A stretch of DNA of 64,000 nucleotides from an uncultured cyanobacterium (GCA_963710605.1 CAVQBA010000004.1:448001-512000); one strand, 5' to 3'; shown: positions 33,130-43,113, counted from the first letter of the stretch. A program made the numbers and translations. The notes: generated from the letters alone by a model not told the origin.

Positions 33130-33172
33130 TTTTAGTTTTCTCCTATTTATTTGTTAATTGTTTAAAACAAAA

Positions 33173-33359
33173 CTAAATGAATTGATGAGCATAGCAACTA
33201 ATAAGTTATTTAAGACTTTGTCACCTCCCGAATTCCGACTGGCATCTCCAAATCCCCTTAGTCCCCCCTTAGAAATGGGGGAAAGAGACAGGGAAACAGA
33301 TAAGGAAAAAGAGCAAAATGTCTTAATCTACTAGTTTTGTGCTATGCAAGTTCATTTAG
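33173..33359. mobile_element. MITE-like element inside the cpc operon
   Basis: Imperfect TIR CTAAATGAA..GCATAGCA / TGCTATGCAAGTTCATTTAG; internal CCCCCC-TTAGAAAT-GGGGG palindrome. Confidence 0.6.
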
Positions 33360-33373
33360 CGTTCCAAGTCAGT

Positions 33374-34192
33374 TTAGGCATCAGTTATGCTTAAAACCTG
33401 ACAGTTGCTTTTATTTATTTTTTGTAACGTTACTGAAAGTCGGTCATAAGGAACAACATACTCTTTGACACTACGTCTGAGTTGAGTGTTACCCATTTTG
33501 CCTCTTTGAATAACTCGTATTTTATACAACTGACCTTGTTGATCAATTGTTGTACCAGCAAGCTCTTTACCCATATTGGGTGTGTTGACAGGAGTAGCTG
33601 TATTACGGGCTAAATCGTAAGTTAGGCGAGGAGTGCCACTATTTCCTTGAGCTCGATCGCTATTGGCATAACCTCTATATAATTGAAACATACGGGTAAA
33701 GCCAACGGTTTTTTGTCCTCTTTGGGTTGAAAAACCACGATAATAAGGAACTATATTGTCACCAAAGTTTTGCGTATATTCATCTGAATCAATATATGAA
33801 TCAATATCAGCAGAAAATCCTTGATTTTGATAGGTATCAAGATGTTCAATAATTTCTGATTCATCATAAGGCGCTCGACCAAGTAAATGTTTGATATTTA
33901 ATTCGATCGTGCGAGGATGATAATTAGGATAGAAAAATTTGACTTTATATAATTCAGATTTAGCAACTGCTCTGACGAACTCACGTACGCAAATAGAACC
34001 ATTACATAATAAAGATTCGGCACTAGACAAACGCTCTGATTTCATCAAATGTTCATTTCCTAGTACTTGCCGATAAACAGCTCTGATTGCTATTTGGGCA
34101 TCTTCTAGAGTCCAATTAAAACGAAGTTCAACAGGGCTAGTATCACTAAAAGCAGATGTTCCTAAATTAGATGCTGTTGTGGTGATTGCCAT
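33374..34192 (-). CDS. cpcC: Phycocyanin rod linker (CpcC/CpcH-like, 272 aa)
   Basis: [25 protein letters not shown]-terminal VPYDRLS. Confidence 0.92.
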   Translation of the reverse strand: MAITTTASNLGTSAFSDTSPVELRFNWTLEDAQIAIRAVYRQVLGNEHLMKSERLSSAESLLCNGSICVREFVRAVAKSELYKVKFFYPNYHPRTIELNIKHLLGRAPYDESEIIEHLDTYQNQGFSADIDSYIDSDEYTQNFGDNIVPYYRGFSTQRGQKTVGFTRMFQLYRGYANSDRAQGNSGTPRLTYDLARNTATPVNTPNMGKELAGTTIDQQGQLYKIRVIQRGKMGNTQLRRSVKEYVVPYDRLSVTLQKINKSNCQVLSITDA

Positions 34193-34246
34193 TAAACAAT
34201 GCTCCTAATTTTGATAAGTTTTGATAAAAAATTTTTGTTAAAGTAT

Positions 34247-34315
34247 TGCTGGGAATAATAACTAACCTCATTAGTCTAATTAGCTCCAGACTAGGGCTGG
34301 TTGCCATTCCCAACA
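34247..34315 (-). terminator. Long stem-loop 3' of cpcA (terminator/mRNA stabiliser)
   Basis: TGTTGGGAAT...TAGTCT..AGACTA...ATTCCCAGCA nested inverted repeats. Confidence 0.65.
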
Positions 34316-34333
34316 AATTATTATAATTAAGGC

Positions 34334-34822
34334 TTAGCTTAAGGCATTGATCGCATAATCAATATAAGAATTAGCTTCTACTGCTGGATCTCCACTTAGT
34401 CCATGATTTGATTTAATATGCTTTAGTGCTTCTATATACCAACTAGGAGAAAGTTCAAATGTTCTGTTAATTTCATCGATACCAGAAATTAAATACTCAT
34501 CCATGGGGCCTGTACCACCAGCAACTAAGCAATAAGTAATCATACGAAGATAGTAACCGATATCTCTGGCACACTTATCTTTACCACGTTGATCGGCGGC
34601 GTAATTATCTCCTTTCATTTGGGTGGTGTAAGGAAATTTTTTATACACAGCTTTAGCGGCACCATTGGTTAAACTGTCTGCATTTTTAGTTAAAGATTGA
34701 GCGGCTTCTAAACCTGATGTTGCTTGACGAAAACGTCCAAAAGCTACTTGAATTTCGGTACTACTTAAAAAGCGTCCTTGGGAATCTGCTGTTGATAATG
34801 CTTCAGTTAAAGGGGTTTTCAT
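34334..34822 (-). CDS. cpcA: Phycocyanin alpha subunit
   Basis: [26 protein letters not shown]; 162 aa. Confidence 0.98.
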   Translation of the reverse strand: MKTPLTEALSTADSQGRFLSSTEIQVAFGRFRQATSGLEAAQSLTKNADSLTNGAAKAVYKKFPYTTQMKGDNYAADQRGKDKCARDIGYYLRMITYCLVAGGTGPMDEYLISGIDEINRTFELSPSWYIEALKHIKSNHGLSGDPAVEANSYIDYAINALS

Positions 34823-34930
34823 TGTTTTAATTGCTTTTGATATTTGATAAAGTTTTTGAAGGTTGGGAGAATGTAAAAGCTAATTTTTGCTATTTATCTA
34901 CATTCATAGTCTATTTGTTAATTAAAAATA

Positions 34931-35449
34931 TTAGCCAACTGCTGATGCGGCACGATCGAAGTAGGTTGCAACTTCAGCCATTAAAGAACTACAATCACCA
35001 TCAGTAACATTGTTTTTATCGTTAGCAATTGAGATGGCGGCATCTTTCATTTTGTTAACACCGACTGCAACAGAAGAGCCGGGTGTACCTAAAGCTAAAT
35101 AGGTTTCACGAAGTCCATTTAAACAACGATCTTCTAAAACACTAGCGTCACCGCTGAAAATAGCATAGGTAACATAACGCAAAATAATTTCCATATCACG
35201 CAAACAAGCTGCCATACGACGACTGGTATAAGCATTTCCACCAGGAGCAATTAGTTGAGGTTGCTCAGCAAATAAAGAACGTGCCGCATTAGTTACAATC
35301 GCAGAAGCATTGCTGGTAATACGATTAACTGTATCCATGCGTTTATTGCTATCGCTAACCATTTGACTTAAAGCATCGATTTGGGAAGTAGTTAAAAATT
35401 CACCACGAGCATCAGCCTGAGATACAACTCTAGTAAAAGCGTCAAACAT
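34931..35449 (-). CDS. cpcB: Phycocyanin beta subunit
   Basis: [24 protein letters not shown]; 172 aa. Confidence 0.98.
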   Translation of the reverse strand: MFDAFTRVVSQADARGEFLTTSQIDALSQMVSDSNKRMDTVNRITSNASAIVTNAARSLFAEQPQLIAPGGNAYTSRRMAACLRDMEIILRYVTYAIFSGDASVLEDRCLNGLRETYLALGTPGSSVAVGVNKMKDAAISIANDKNNVTDGDCSSLMAEVATYFDRAASAVG

Positions 35450-35647
35450 ATAAGATTTCTCCTTGATTTAAAATTTAGTTTTTAAAACTGAACCCTAACT
35501 AGTTTATTTATTACTAAAGAGTTGGTAAAACGGAGAGCTTAATGTTTTACTGTCTCAATTAACTAAAAAATTAGCTTTCTTTCTAGTAGTAATACCGAGT
35601 TAGGAATTCAGTGGCTTTGGACCTGACTATTATTCAACCAAAACTAC

Positions 35648-35665
35648 TGTGCAATTTTCGTGCAA
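35648..35665 (-). promoter_or_regulatory. L-box (RcaC binding site) upstream of cpcB
   Basis: Minus strand TTGCACG-AAAA-TTGCACA vs established TTGCACA-N4-TTGCACA (13/14). Confidence 0.85.
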
Positions 35666-35776
35666 TTTTTAAGCAAATTAGTAAAGTTTTATTGCTTTTT
35701 ATCACAAACAATCAACAACTATAGCAAAAAACACCTCGATCGAGTTCTTCAGTCTCCTGCACCCCTTTTGTAAGGG

Positions 35777-35964
35777 CAGGACTGATTCATGTCTTATTTC
35801 TATAATTTCTATACCTAAGAAATAGCAATAAATGTAGTTGTTTTTTTCGCTTTCGTAAAAAGACAAGATAACCAAATAGCTCGATCGTCTATGTAGTAAT
35901 AGCTTCTAGCTATTTATTCTGAGCAGATAGCTATTTTCTTCTTCCTTTGAATGAAACAGCCCTG
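35777..35964 (+). mobile_element. MITE, 188 bp, second copy
   Basis: CAGGACTGATTCAT...ATGAAACAGCCCTG; right half nearly identical to 31691-31879; 12-bp flanks CTTTTGTAAGGG/TTTTTCTAAGGG (10/12). Confidence 0.85.
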
Positions 35965-36068
35965 TTTTTCTAAGGGGGGACTAAGGGGAATCGGGGAGAT
36001 ACAGGCAGAAGGGGTAAAAGAGGGGTTAGGGGTGGTTAAACGTCTGTGACTGAATCAACAACTATCAA

Positions 36069-37889
36069 TTATGAACAAGTGCCTAAAGGATTTAATTCAC
36101 TTTCGTCACAAAGACAAACAACTCCGGGGGGGCAATCTTCTTTTTTAGGTTCAGGTTGAAGTATTATTTCGGGTAACTGATTACTATTATCAGGAGTAAT
36201 TGGTTGTATATTTACATTTCCCTGATCTTTTAAACACTTTTCAGCTTTATCAACTATTTTTTTGGCTTGTAATAACCAATAATCAGTGCCATATATTTGA
36301 CTCGCAGTTTTAATTGCCGCACTACAATATTCGTATTCTAAATCTTGATTAGCTTGATTAAGTAAACTTGTATTTTTTTGATGTTCTTCTTGCCATTGAC
36401 TCAGGTTAATTAATGCCGCTTCTTTTATTTTATTAGGGGGAATGGTATCTATTTTTTCTAATGCTTCTTCAAGATTACCATCTATTTTGTAAGAGCTTTT
36501 TGCTTTTTCAAAAATTTTTTTGCTCCAATCTTCTGTTTGTATTTGAACTTGGGTATAGTATTCATACTCTTGAGAAATAGGGGCGAGTATTTCTAAGGCT
36601 TCGTCATATCTTGTAAGTCGTGCTTTTTGTTTCGCTTCTTCAAAACGACAAAGTCCGATATATTCAGTTAAAACTTTATTCGGAATGACATTATTTTCTT
36701 CTTCTTTTGAGTCTTCTGCTGACTCATAACATTGAGTATAAGCTTTTTGATCGTATTTATTTTTTAAAGTATTGATGCCTTCTTCTTTTCGCTCAGCAGT
36801 ACGAGTTATTTCACTTTGATTCATTAAATAAATTCCTCCTGTGGCAACTAAACCGATCGTTAAAGCGGTGGTAACAGTTGAACCGAGGGGAGACTTTAAC
36901 CAATCAAGAACAACGTTTAATTTAGTCACTGGAGCAGGATTATTAGTTAAATTACTATTACTATTACTATTACTAGATGAATTATTATTTGGTTTAATTG
37001 AAGATTGGCTAGTTGTTTGTCTTACTTCTATTTCAGGTGGAGTTAGAAGATGACGATCGTTTTTGATACTTGATGGTTGCTGATAATTTTTTAATGCGGT
37101 TAATACTTCAGGTGCTGATTGATAACGTTTTTTATAACTACCAAGGGTCATTTTGTGCAAAATATTGGCTAATGCAGGATTTATTCCCTGTTGTGAGACA
37201 ATAATTTCTTCGTCATCGTTTTTATCAAAATCAGCGGGTTTTTTTCCTGTTAATGCTTGAATCGCAATAATACCTAAAGCATAAATATCGCTATTTTTAT
37301 AAGGTTTACCATCAAACTGCTCTTTGGGCATATACCAAGGAGTACCAATGGCACTAGTTCGATCGATTAAACGACTTTGATCTAAATTGAATTGTTTAAC
37401 TGCACCAAAATCAATCAAGACTAATTTTTGGTCTGCCACACAACGAATTAGGTTGTCTGGTTTAATATCTCGATGAATAATTCCTTGATTATGAATTACT
37501 TTAAGTATATCTAAACATTCTTGTAATAAATTAATTACCTTTTGTTCTGACCAAGGTTGACCAACAATCAACTCACTTTTAAGAGTCTCACCTTCGATGT
37601 AATCTTGAACTAAAAAAAATTGTCCTTCTTGCTCAAAATAATCAATCAATTTAGGTACTTGAGGATGATTAATTTGTTTAAGAATTTCAGCTTCTTGTTG
37701 AAAAAGTTGTTGAGCTTTCGCCACAAAATTTTGTTGTGCAGACATCAAATATAGTTGTTTGATGACGCACAAAGTTTGAGTTTCACTATTTTTAACTAAA
37801 TAAACATGACCAAAACTACCACTACCGATCGTTTTCACCATTTGATATGGAGAAGGTAAGTTGATTGTATTGGTAGTAGAATTATTCAT
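36069..37889 (-). CDS. Membrane Ser/Thr protein kinase with C-terminal helical-repeat ectodomain
   Basis: GSGSFG, VIK, HRDIKPDN, DFG, GTPWY; one TM; tail CPPGVVCLCD...TCS. Confidence 0.92.
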   Translation of the reverse strand: MNNSTTNTINLPSPYQMVKTIGSGSFGHVYLVKNSETQTLCVIKQLYLMSAQQNFVAKAQQLFQQEAEILKQINHPQVPKLIDYFEQEGQFFLVQDYIEGETLKSELIVGQPWSEQKVINLLQECLDILKVIHNQGIIHRDIKPDNLIRCVADQKLVLIDFGAVKQFNLDQSRLIDRTSAIGTPWYMPKEQFDGKPYKNSDIYALGIIAIQALTGKKPADFDKNDDEEIIVSQQGINPALANILHKMTLGSYKKRYQSAPEVLTALKNYQQPSSIKNDRHLLTPPEIEVRQTTSQSSIKPNNNSSSNSNSNSNLTNNPAPVTKLNVVLDWLKSPLGSTVTTALTIGLVATGGIYLMNQSEITRTAERKEEGINTLKNKYDQKAYTQCYESAEDSKEEENNVIPNKVLTEYIGLCRFEEAKQKARLTRYDEALEILAPISQEYEYYTQVQIQTEDWSKKIFEKAKSSYKIDGNLEEALEKIDTIPPNKIKEAALINLSQWQEEHQKNTSLLNQANQDLEYEYCSAAIKTASQIYGTDYWLLQAKKIVDKAEKCLKDQGNVNIQPITPDNSNQLPEIILQPEPKKEDCPPGVVCLCDESELNPLGTCS

Positions 37890-37917
37890 TATTTACTAAT
37901 TATTAAGAGCGTTCTAA

Positions 37918-39069
37918 TTAATCACATAAAACAGGAGGACATTCAATCACCTCCCCCGTTTTAGGTAATGGATCGGGTTTAGGTGGTTGTGGATTTGGTT
38001 GTGGATTTGGACGAGGTTTGGGTACAGGAGGGCTAATCACTGTTGGGGATGAATCCATTAAGGGTGCTTGAGTGAGATATTTTTCCATGTCTAATACTCT
38101 TTGACTTCTTCTTACTGGCATAGTACCAACTTTTACCGCTTGTTGAAATAAATCTTTCATTACATCATCAGGATTATCTTTTGGTTCTAATGTTAATAGT
38201 AATCCTGATGAATTACAGGTGATATTTGAGCCCGGTGATATTTGACCTCCAGAAACACAGATAACGTTATATTTGTAGCCATTATTTCCTGTCATTTTAC
38301 CTGTGGCAATATATCTTAAGTTACCTGTATCAGAAAAGCTTTGAAATCTTTTTGTAACTTCATCGCATCTTTTTTGTGGTGTCCATTGAGATTGGCTACT
38401 TTCAAAGAAACGACTTTCCCAGACAATCAGTTGTATTCTACCTCTAGAAGTATCCACGATCGTCATCGGCTTTCCTTGGTGTTGAATACAGCTATAAACT
38501 CTTTGAGATTTTTGGGCAACGATTTGAGTTGGTGATTTATTTTCTTCTAGTAACGGTGCTTGATCTAAAGTTGATTGAACTGATACGGTGTAATTAGTAG
38601 TTTGTACACTTCTAACCACAGGTGAGCCACCTTTTCTGGTTGCCTTACTAAATAGGTCTTGTAATACTTGATTTGGGTTATCATTTGGTTGTAAAGTCAT
38701 CAACAATCCATCTGACATACATTTATAACCACTACCTGCTGTACGTGTACCTGTACAAATTACAGGTTGATTATTCATTCTTCCTGTAGTGATATATCTT
38801 AAAGTGCCGTTATCGGAAAACTTTTGAAATCTTTTGCTTATTTCTTGACATCTTTTTTGAGGTGTCCATCCCGAATTTTTAAAGTATTGACTTTCCCAGA
38901 CTATTAACTGTATTTTGCCTCTAGAAGTATCAGCGACTGTTTTAGGTTTTCCTTGATGTTGAATACAACTGTAATTTACTTTTCCCTGTGCTTTGACTTG
39001 ACTCAATGAGCTAAAAGAAGTGAATGTCATCAGGATGACTAAAGTTTTTGTTAGTAAAGAAATATTCAT
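37918..39069 (-). CDS. Exported protein with two tandem COP23-like domains
   Basis: Signal peptide; two YSCIQHQGKP..DTSRG.IQLIVWES..WTPQKRC repeats; Pro-rich linker; tail CPPVLCD. Confidence 0.82.
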   Translation of the reverse strand: MNISLLTKTLVILMTFTSFSSLSQVKAQGKVNYSCIQHQGKPKTVADTSRGKIQLIVWESQYFKNSGWTPQKRCQEISKRFQKFSDNGTLRYITTGRMNNQPVICTGTRTAGSGYKCMSDGLLMTLQPNDNPNQVLQDLFSKATRKGGSPVVRSVQTTNYTVSVQSTLDQAPLLEENKSPTQIVAQKSQRVYSCIQHQGKPMTIVDTSRGRIQLIVWESRFFESSQSQWTPQKRCDEVTKRFQSFSDTGNLRYIATGKMTGNNGYKYNVICVSGGQISPGSNITCNSSGLLLTLEPKDNPDDVMKDLFQQAVKVGTMPVRRSQRVLDMEKYLTQAPLMDSSPTVISPPVPKPRPNPQPNPQPPKPDPLPKTGEVIECPPVLCD

Positions 39070-39437
39070 AGTATTTTTACAAAAAGATATTGATTAAATT
39101 CAGTAATGATTGTTAATGTTTAATTACCCGACACGACACAAAAGTTAGGATTACACGTTTAAATTTAATAATTTTACAGCTTATCTATTATTGTTTAAGC
39201 GAGCATAATCTATACCTAATAAATTCAGGTGTTACTGTGCTATGTATATATAGGTTGACATTTTTGTGTCTATGCAAGTTCCTTAAATAATTAACAAATA
39301 AATTTTCCGACTGAATCAAATAGCTAATCTGAACAGAAAAATCATCATTTTCATTCTACAGATAAAACTCACTATTTAACCATACTTATTATTTATTCTT
39401 AAAATTTGTTAACTTTATCTGAACGCTAGTTTTTTTT

Positions 39438-41117
39438 TTAGATTTGCCAAATCATTACACCGCCTTCTTTTAATGTACTTACAAATAAATTTCCTGTTTT
39501 ATTTACAGTAGTTAATTCCCCAATTTTTTCAGGAAAGTTAAAATCAAATATTGCTACATCTTGAGTCCGATCGATTATACTAAGATGATTATCTTGAAAT
39601 ATAGACAATATTAATTTTCCGTCATTACTTAGACTTAAATATTCGATCGCTGATTTACTATCAGTTTTAATTGTTTTTTCTTCTTCCGCAGTTTCTAAAT
39701 TCCAGATTTTAATTGTTTTATCTCCACCACCACTCAACACATATTTATTATCTTGACTCAAACATACACTATTCACGGCTAATTTATGACCTGAAAAACT
39801 ATTTATTTCGGTTTGTTTTTCTACATCCCAAATTTTAATTGTTTTGTCACTTCCACTACTTGCGACTATCTTACCGTCATTACTAATAGCTAAAGTATTA
39901 ATCGCTTGTTTATGCCCTGATAGACTAGCTATTTCGGTTTGATTTTCTATTTGCCAAAGTTTGATTGTTTTATCACTACCACTACTGATTAAAGTTTTAC
40001 TATCATCACTAAAAGTTAAACTATTAATTGACATTCTATGAGCTTTATTTATCGTTACTATTTCTTTTTTGTTTTGCCAATCCCATAGTTGAATACTTTT
40101 ATCTTTTAAAGCGATCGCTAAAACTTGATTTTGAGAATTTAAAGCTAAACATTCAATATTTTGGCTATCTATATCTAAGGTTGCAACTTCTTTAATTTGA
40201 ATTATATCCCATACTTTTTTTGTATTAGTTAATTCAGGAATAGCGATCGAAGATAAATCAATTTGTGGTTTATTTTCTGCTTCTTCTTCGGTTACTTTAT
40301 TATCTGTTTTTTTCGATTCTCTTCTTTGATTTCTTTTCGTTTTACTTTTAACTTCTTCTTTATTTTTATAGGCTATATCTTTGTTTTCATCTTCCGCTTT
40401 TGTTGTAAGTTTTTCCGAATCATCAGTTACTTTTTCAGATTTACTTTCTTCACTTGCCGATACATCTTTTTCAGCAACAGGAGTAGGTTTATTTTCTGTT
40501 TCTTCTATCGATTCTGAAGGTTGATTATCATCGCTAGTAGATTCTTCCTCTTTTTCTGGTTCGTTTTCTTCGGCAACAGGGGTAGGTTGATTCTCTGTTT
40601 CTTTTTCTGCCTCTTTTACCGATTCTGATTCGTTTTCTTCGGCAACAGGAGTAGGTTGATTTTCTGTTTCTTTTTCTACCGATTCATTTACTTTTGAAGA
40701 AGAAGTTTCCTCTGAGTTTTCTGTTGTTAAATCTACTTGTTTATCTTCAGGAATATCCATTAAAACAGTCGCTTCAAGTGCTTCTGTGATAAACAAAAAT
40801 TCTGGTCCTTTAAAACCTAATGTAATAGTATCTCCTGTTTGTAAAGCATGAGGATGATCAATCTTTTTACTATTAATTAATGTACCGTTAGTTGTACCTT
40901 TATCGACAATTTGCCATAAAATTTGATGATTATTTTCAATTAATTCAATTTGAGCGTGATACCGAGAAACTGTTGGGTATTCACTAGGATTAAGGACAAT
41001 TTGACAATCAGGAGAACGACCAAGTAAAGTTGTTTGTTGAGGTGCTAAAATATAATGTAATTTTTGATCTGAAGTTGGATTTTTTAAGGTTAAACTAGCA
41101 GATGAATAATTTTCCAT
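39438..41117 (-). CDS. FHA domain-acidic repeat linker-WD40 protein
   Basis: FHA LGR, VSRYHA, TNGT; GH..(S/G)DKTIK.W repeats; ETEN(Q/K)PTPVAE x3. Confidence 0.9.
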   Translation of the reverse strand: MENYSSASLTLKNPTSDQKLHYILAPQQTTLLGRSPDCQIVLNPSEYPTVSRYHAQIELIENNHQILWQIVDKGTTNGTLINSKKIDHPHALQTGDTITLGFKGPEFLFITEALEATVLMDIPEDKQVDLTTENSEETSSSKVNESVEKETENQPTPVAEENESESVKEAEKETENQPTPVAEENEPEKEEESTSDDNQPSESIEETENKPTPVAEKDVSASEESKSEKVTDDSEKLTTKAEDENKDIAYKNKEEVKSKTKRNQRRESKKTDNKVTEEEAENKPQIDLSSIAIPELTNTKKVWDIIQIKEVATLDIDSQNIECLALNSQNQVLAIALKDKSIQLWDWQNKKEIVTINKAHRMSINSLTFSDDSKTLISSGSDKTIKLWQIENQTEIASLSGHKQAINTLAISNDGKIVASSGSDKTIKIWDVEKQTEINSFSGHKLAVNSVCLSQDNKYVLSGGGDKTIKIWNLETAEEEKTIKTDSKSAIEYLSLSNDGKLILSIFQDNHLSIIDRTQDVAIFDFNFPEKIGELTTVNKTGNLFVSTLKEGGVMIWQI

Positions 41118-41154
41118 GATTTTTAAATTTTTAATAGTTGGTTATATGAACAGT

Positions 41155-41260
41155 TATAGTAGTTTCAAATAAAAACTAAACGTTTAAATTACCTCAAATA
41201 CAGATAAAACGATCGTCTATGGATAAATTTGATCTACCGAACTTATTTGAATTGACTATA
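41155..41260. mobile_element. Short MITE with TATAGT-ended TIRs
   Basis: TATAGTAGTTTCAAATAA ... TTATTTGAATTGACTATA; ends related to 46027-46188 and 59595-59755. Confidence 0.55.
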
Positions 41261-41349
41261 ATTTAAACATAAAACGATCGATGCGTTAAAAATTTAGATA
41301 GTCCCAAGGATAAAAATAAAAAGTATTAATTATAAATTATATTCTATAT

Positions 41350-43113
41350 TTATTCAGGACATAATGGACCTGGACAAACTTCCACCACACCATCTGTTAT
41401 TGTCGGAGTAGTCAAATCATTTTCTGTTTGCAGATTAGGGCATTTAGAAATCAAATCTAACGCCTGCTTTTTCCATACGCTACTTTCAGGAATACTTTCT
41501 AATCTCTGATTAGCTTGTGCAATATCACCTCCATTTTCACAAATTATTTTAGCTTCTTTTAACAGTTGTTCTGACCAATCATCGATAAATTTTCTGGCAC
41601 GAGTATAGTTAGGTGATTTATTATTTACTTTCACTGCTATAGTAATCGCCTCGGCGAAGTTTCTTGCTAATGCTTGTGATTCGGCTAAACCTAACCAGCA
41701 TTTACCTAAAAATTCTTGTGTCAAACTATCAGCTATGGCTAAAGATTGAGTTTCGGTAGAATTAATTAAGCTGATACAATTATTAAATTCGTCGTTTTGA
41801 TAATAAGTTTCAATTTGACTAATTAAGTTTTCAACTTTTTTTTGATAACGATAATTGTTATAAATACTAACTCCTAAAATGGTCATAAAGATTAAAATAA
41901 CGATCGTGATTATTCCTTTAGTTGTTTTGATTTGACTACTTAAGTTATTAATAAAAGTTAACTTATTGTTTGCTCTATTTTCTTCATTTTCAGGTGTAGA
42001 AATATTCTGCTCGCTCGTCGTATTATTATTTGTTAAAGTAGGTATTTCTGAGTTATTAGTTATTGCTTGATCAGAAGTATTTTCTAAGTTATTAGTTTGT
42101 TGATTATCTTCGGTCTTTTTTTCTTGAGGTATAGTTTCTGGGGTAACTATTTGCGTAGCATCTAAAATTAATGGAGGTGTATTTTTTTCTGGTTGAGGTG
42201 CTTGTTTTTCTTCTTCGACTATTTTGTCTTCTTCTGTTTCAAAGGTAATTATTTGTGTACGGGTATAATCAGTTTCAGTCGCCAAAATCTGCTTATTTTC
42301 TAATTGAGGGAAAGATTGATTAATTGTATCTAAAATCTCGGCTACATTTTGATAACGTAAACGATTTTTACGGTGAGTCATTTTATCGATTATATTCACA
42401 AATCGATCGCTAAAATTTTGATTTTGACTTTGATTCCAATTCCAAGTACCCGAATCGTTTTCTTCTAAACTAGAAACATTTACACCAATTATTGAAGTGA
42501 TAATTACCATTCCTAAGGCATATATATCAGTACTAAATGTGGCTTTTCCTTTAAGTTGATCTTGAGTAATATATCTAGTATCTTCAAATGATATAGTTGC
42601 CATTGAAGAAGAATATAAATCGGTAGTTACTTTACCATAGTTATTAAAAATAATCTGTTGATTAGTATTAGTTAAAGTTAGGTTTTGTGGTTTAATCATT
42701 TGATGAATTAAACCTCGATCGTGAATTAATTTTAAAGCTAATAATAAGTTTTTAAGTTGCTTTATAATTTCTATTTCTGTTTGATTATCAGCATTATTTA
42801 TTTTAGTTTTTAAACTTTCTCCCGCTATTTTTTCATAAACTAAATCGATCGTATTTTCTGCTTCAATAACTTTAATTAGATTCGTAAAATCTTTGTTTTC
42901 TAATTCTTGACTAGATAACGACTTTATGGTACTAATAGTATCTTGAATTAACTTATTTTCTTCTACCGATCTATTTTTCAAATCAATATGTTGAACCCAA
43001 TATTGCTTAGTTGAATCATCTTTAGTTGTGACTAAATATAATTGCTCAGCTTCAAAATATTCTAAATTTTCGACTATGTTATAAATAGAAGCGATCGAGT
43101 TACTGTTGTTCAT
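41350..43113 (-). CDS. Membrane Ser/Thr pseudokinase with helical-repeat ectodomain
   Basis: Kinase-like (IKPQN, TDIYALG) but HRD->HQM, DFG->NYG, no Gly loop or beta3 Lys; one TM; tail CPGPLCPE. Confidence 0.85.
   Translation of the reverse strand: MNNSNSIASIYNIVENLEYFEAEQLYLVTTKDDSTKQYWVQHIDLKNRSVEENKLIQDTISTIKSLSSQELENKDFTNLIKVIEAENTIDLVYEKIAGESLKTKINNADNQTEIEIIKQLKNLLLALKLIHDRGLIHQMIKPQNLTLTNTNQQIIFNNYGKVTTDLYSSSMATISFEDTRYITQDQLKGKATFSTDIYALGMVIITSIIGVNVSSLEENDSGTWNWNQSQNQNFSDRFVNIIDKMTHRKNRLRYQNVAEILDTINQSFPQLENKQILATETDYTRTQIITFETEEDKIVEEEKQAPQPEKNTPPLILDATQIVTPETIPQEKKTEDNQQTNNLENTSDQAITNNSEIPTLTNNNTTSEQNISTPENEENRANNKLTFINNLSSQIKTTKGIITIVILIFMTILGVSIYNNYRYQKKVENLISQIETYYQNDEFNNCISLINSTETQSLAIADSLTQEFLGKCWLGLAESQALARNFAEAITIAVKVNNKSPNYTRARKFIDDWSEQLLKEAKIICENGGDIAQANQRLESIPESSVWKKQALDLISKCPNLQTENDLTTPTITDGVVEVCPGPLCPE

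Noticed and set aside
31691-35964. Composite transposon that delivered the cpc operon
   Set aside because: Each MITE has its own 12-bp duplication and the outermost flanks do not match better than the individual pairs, so independent insertions are more likely
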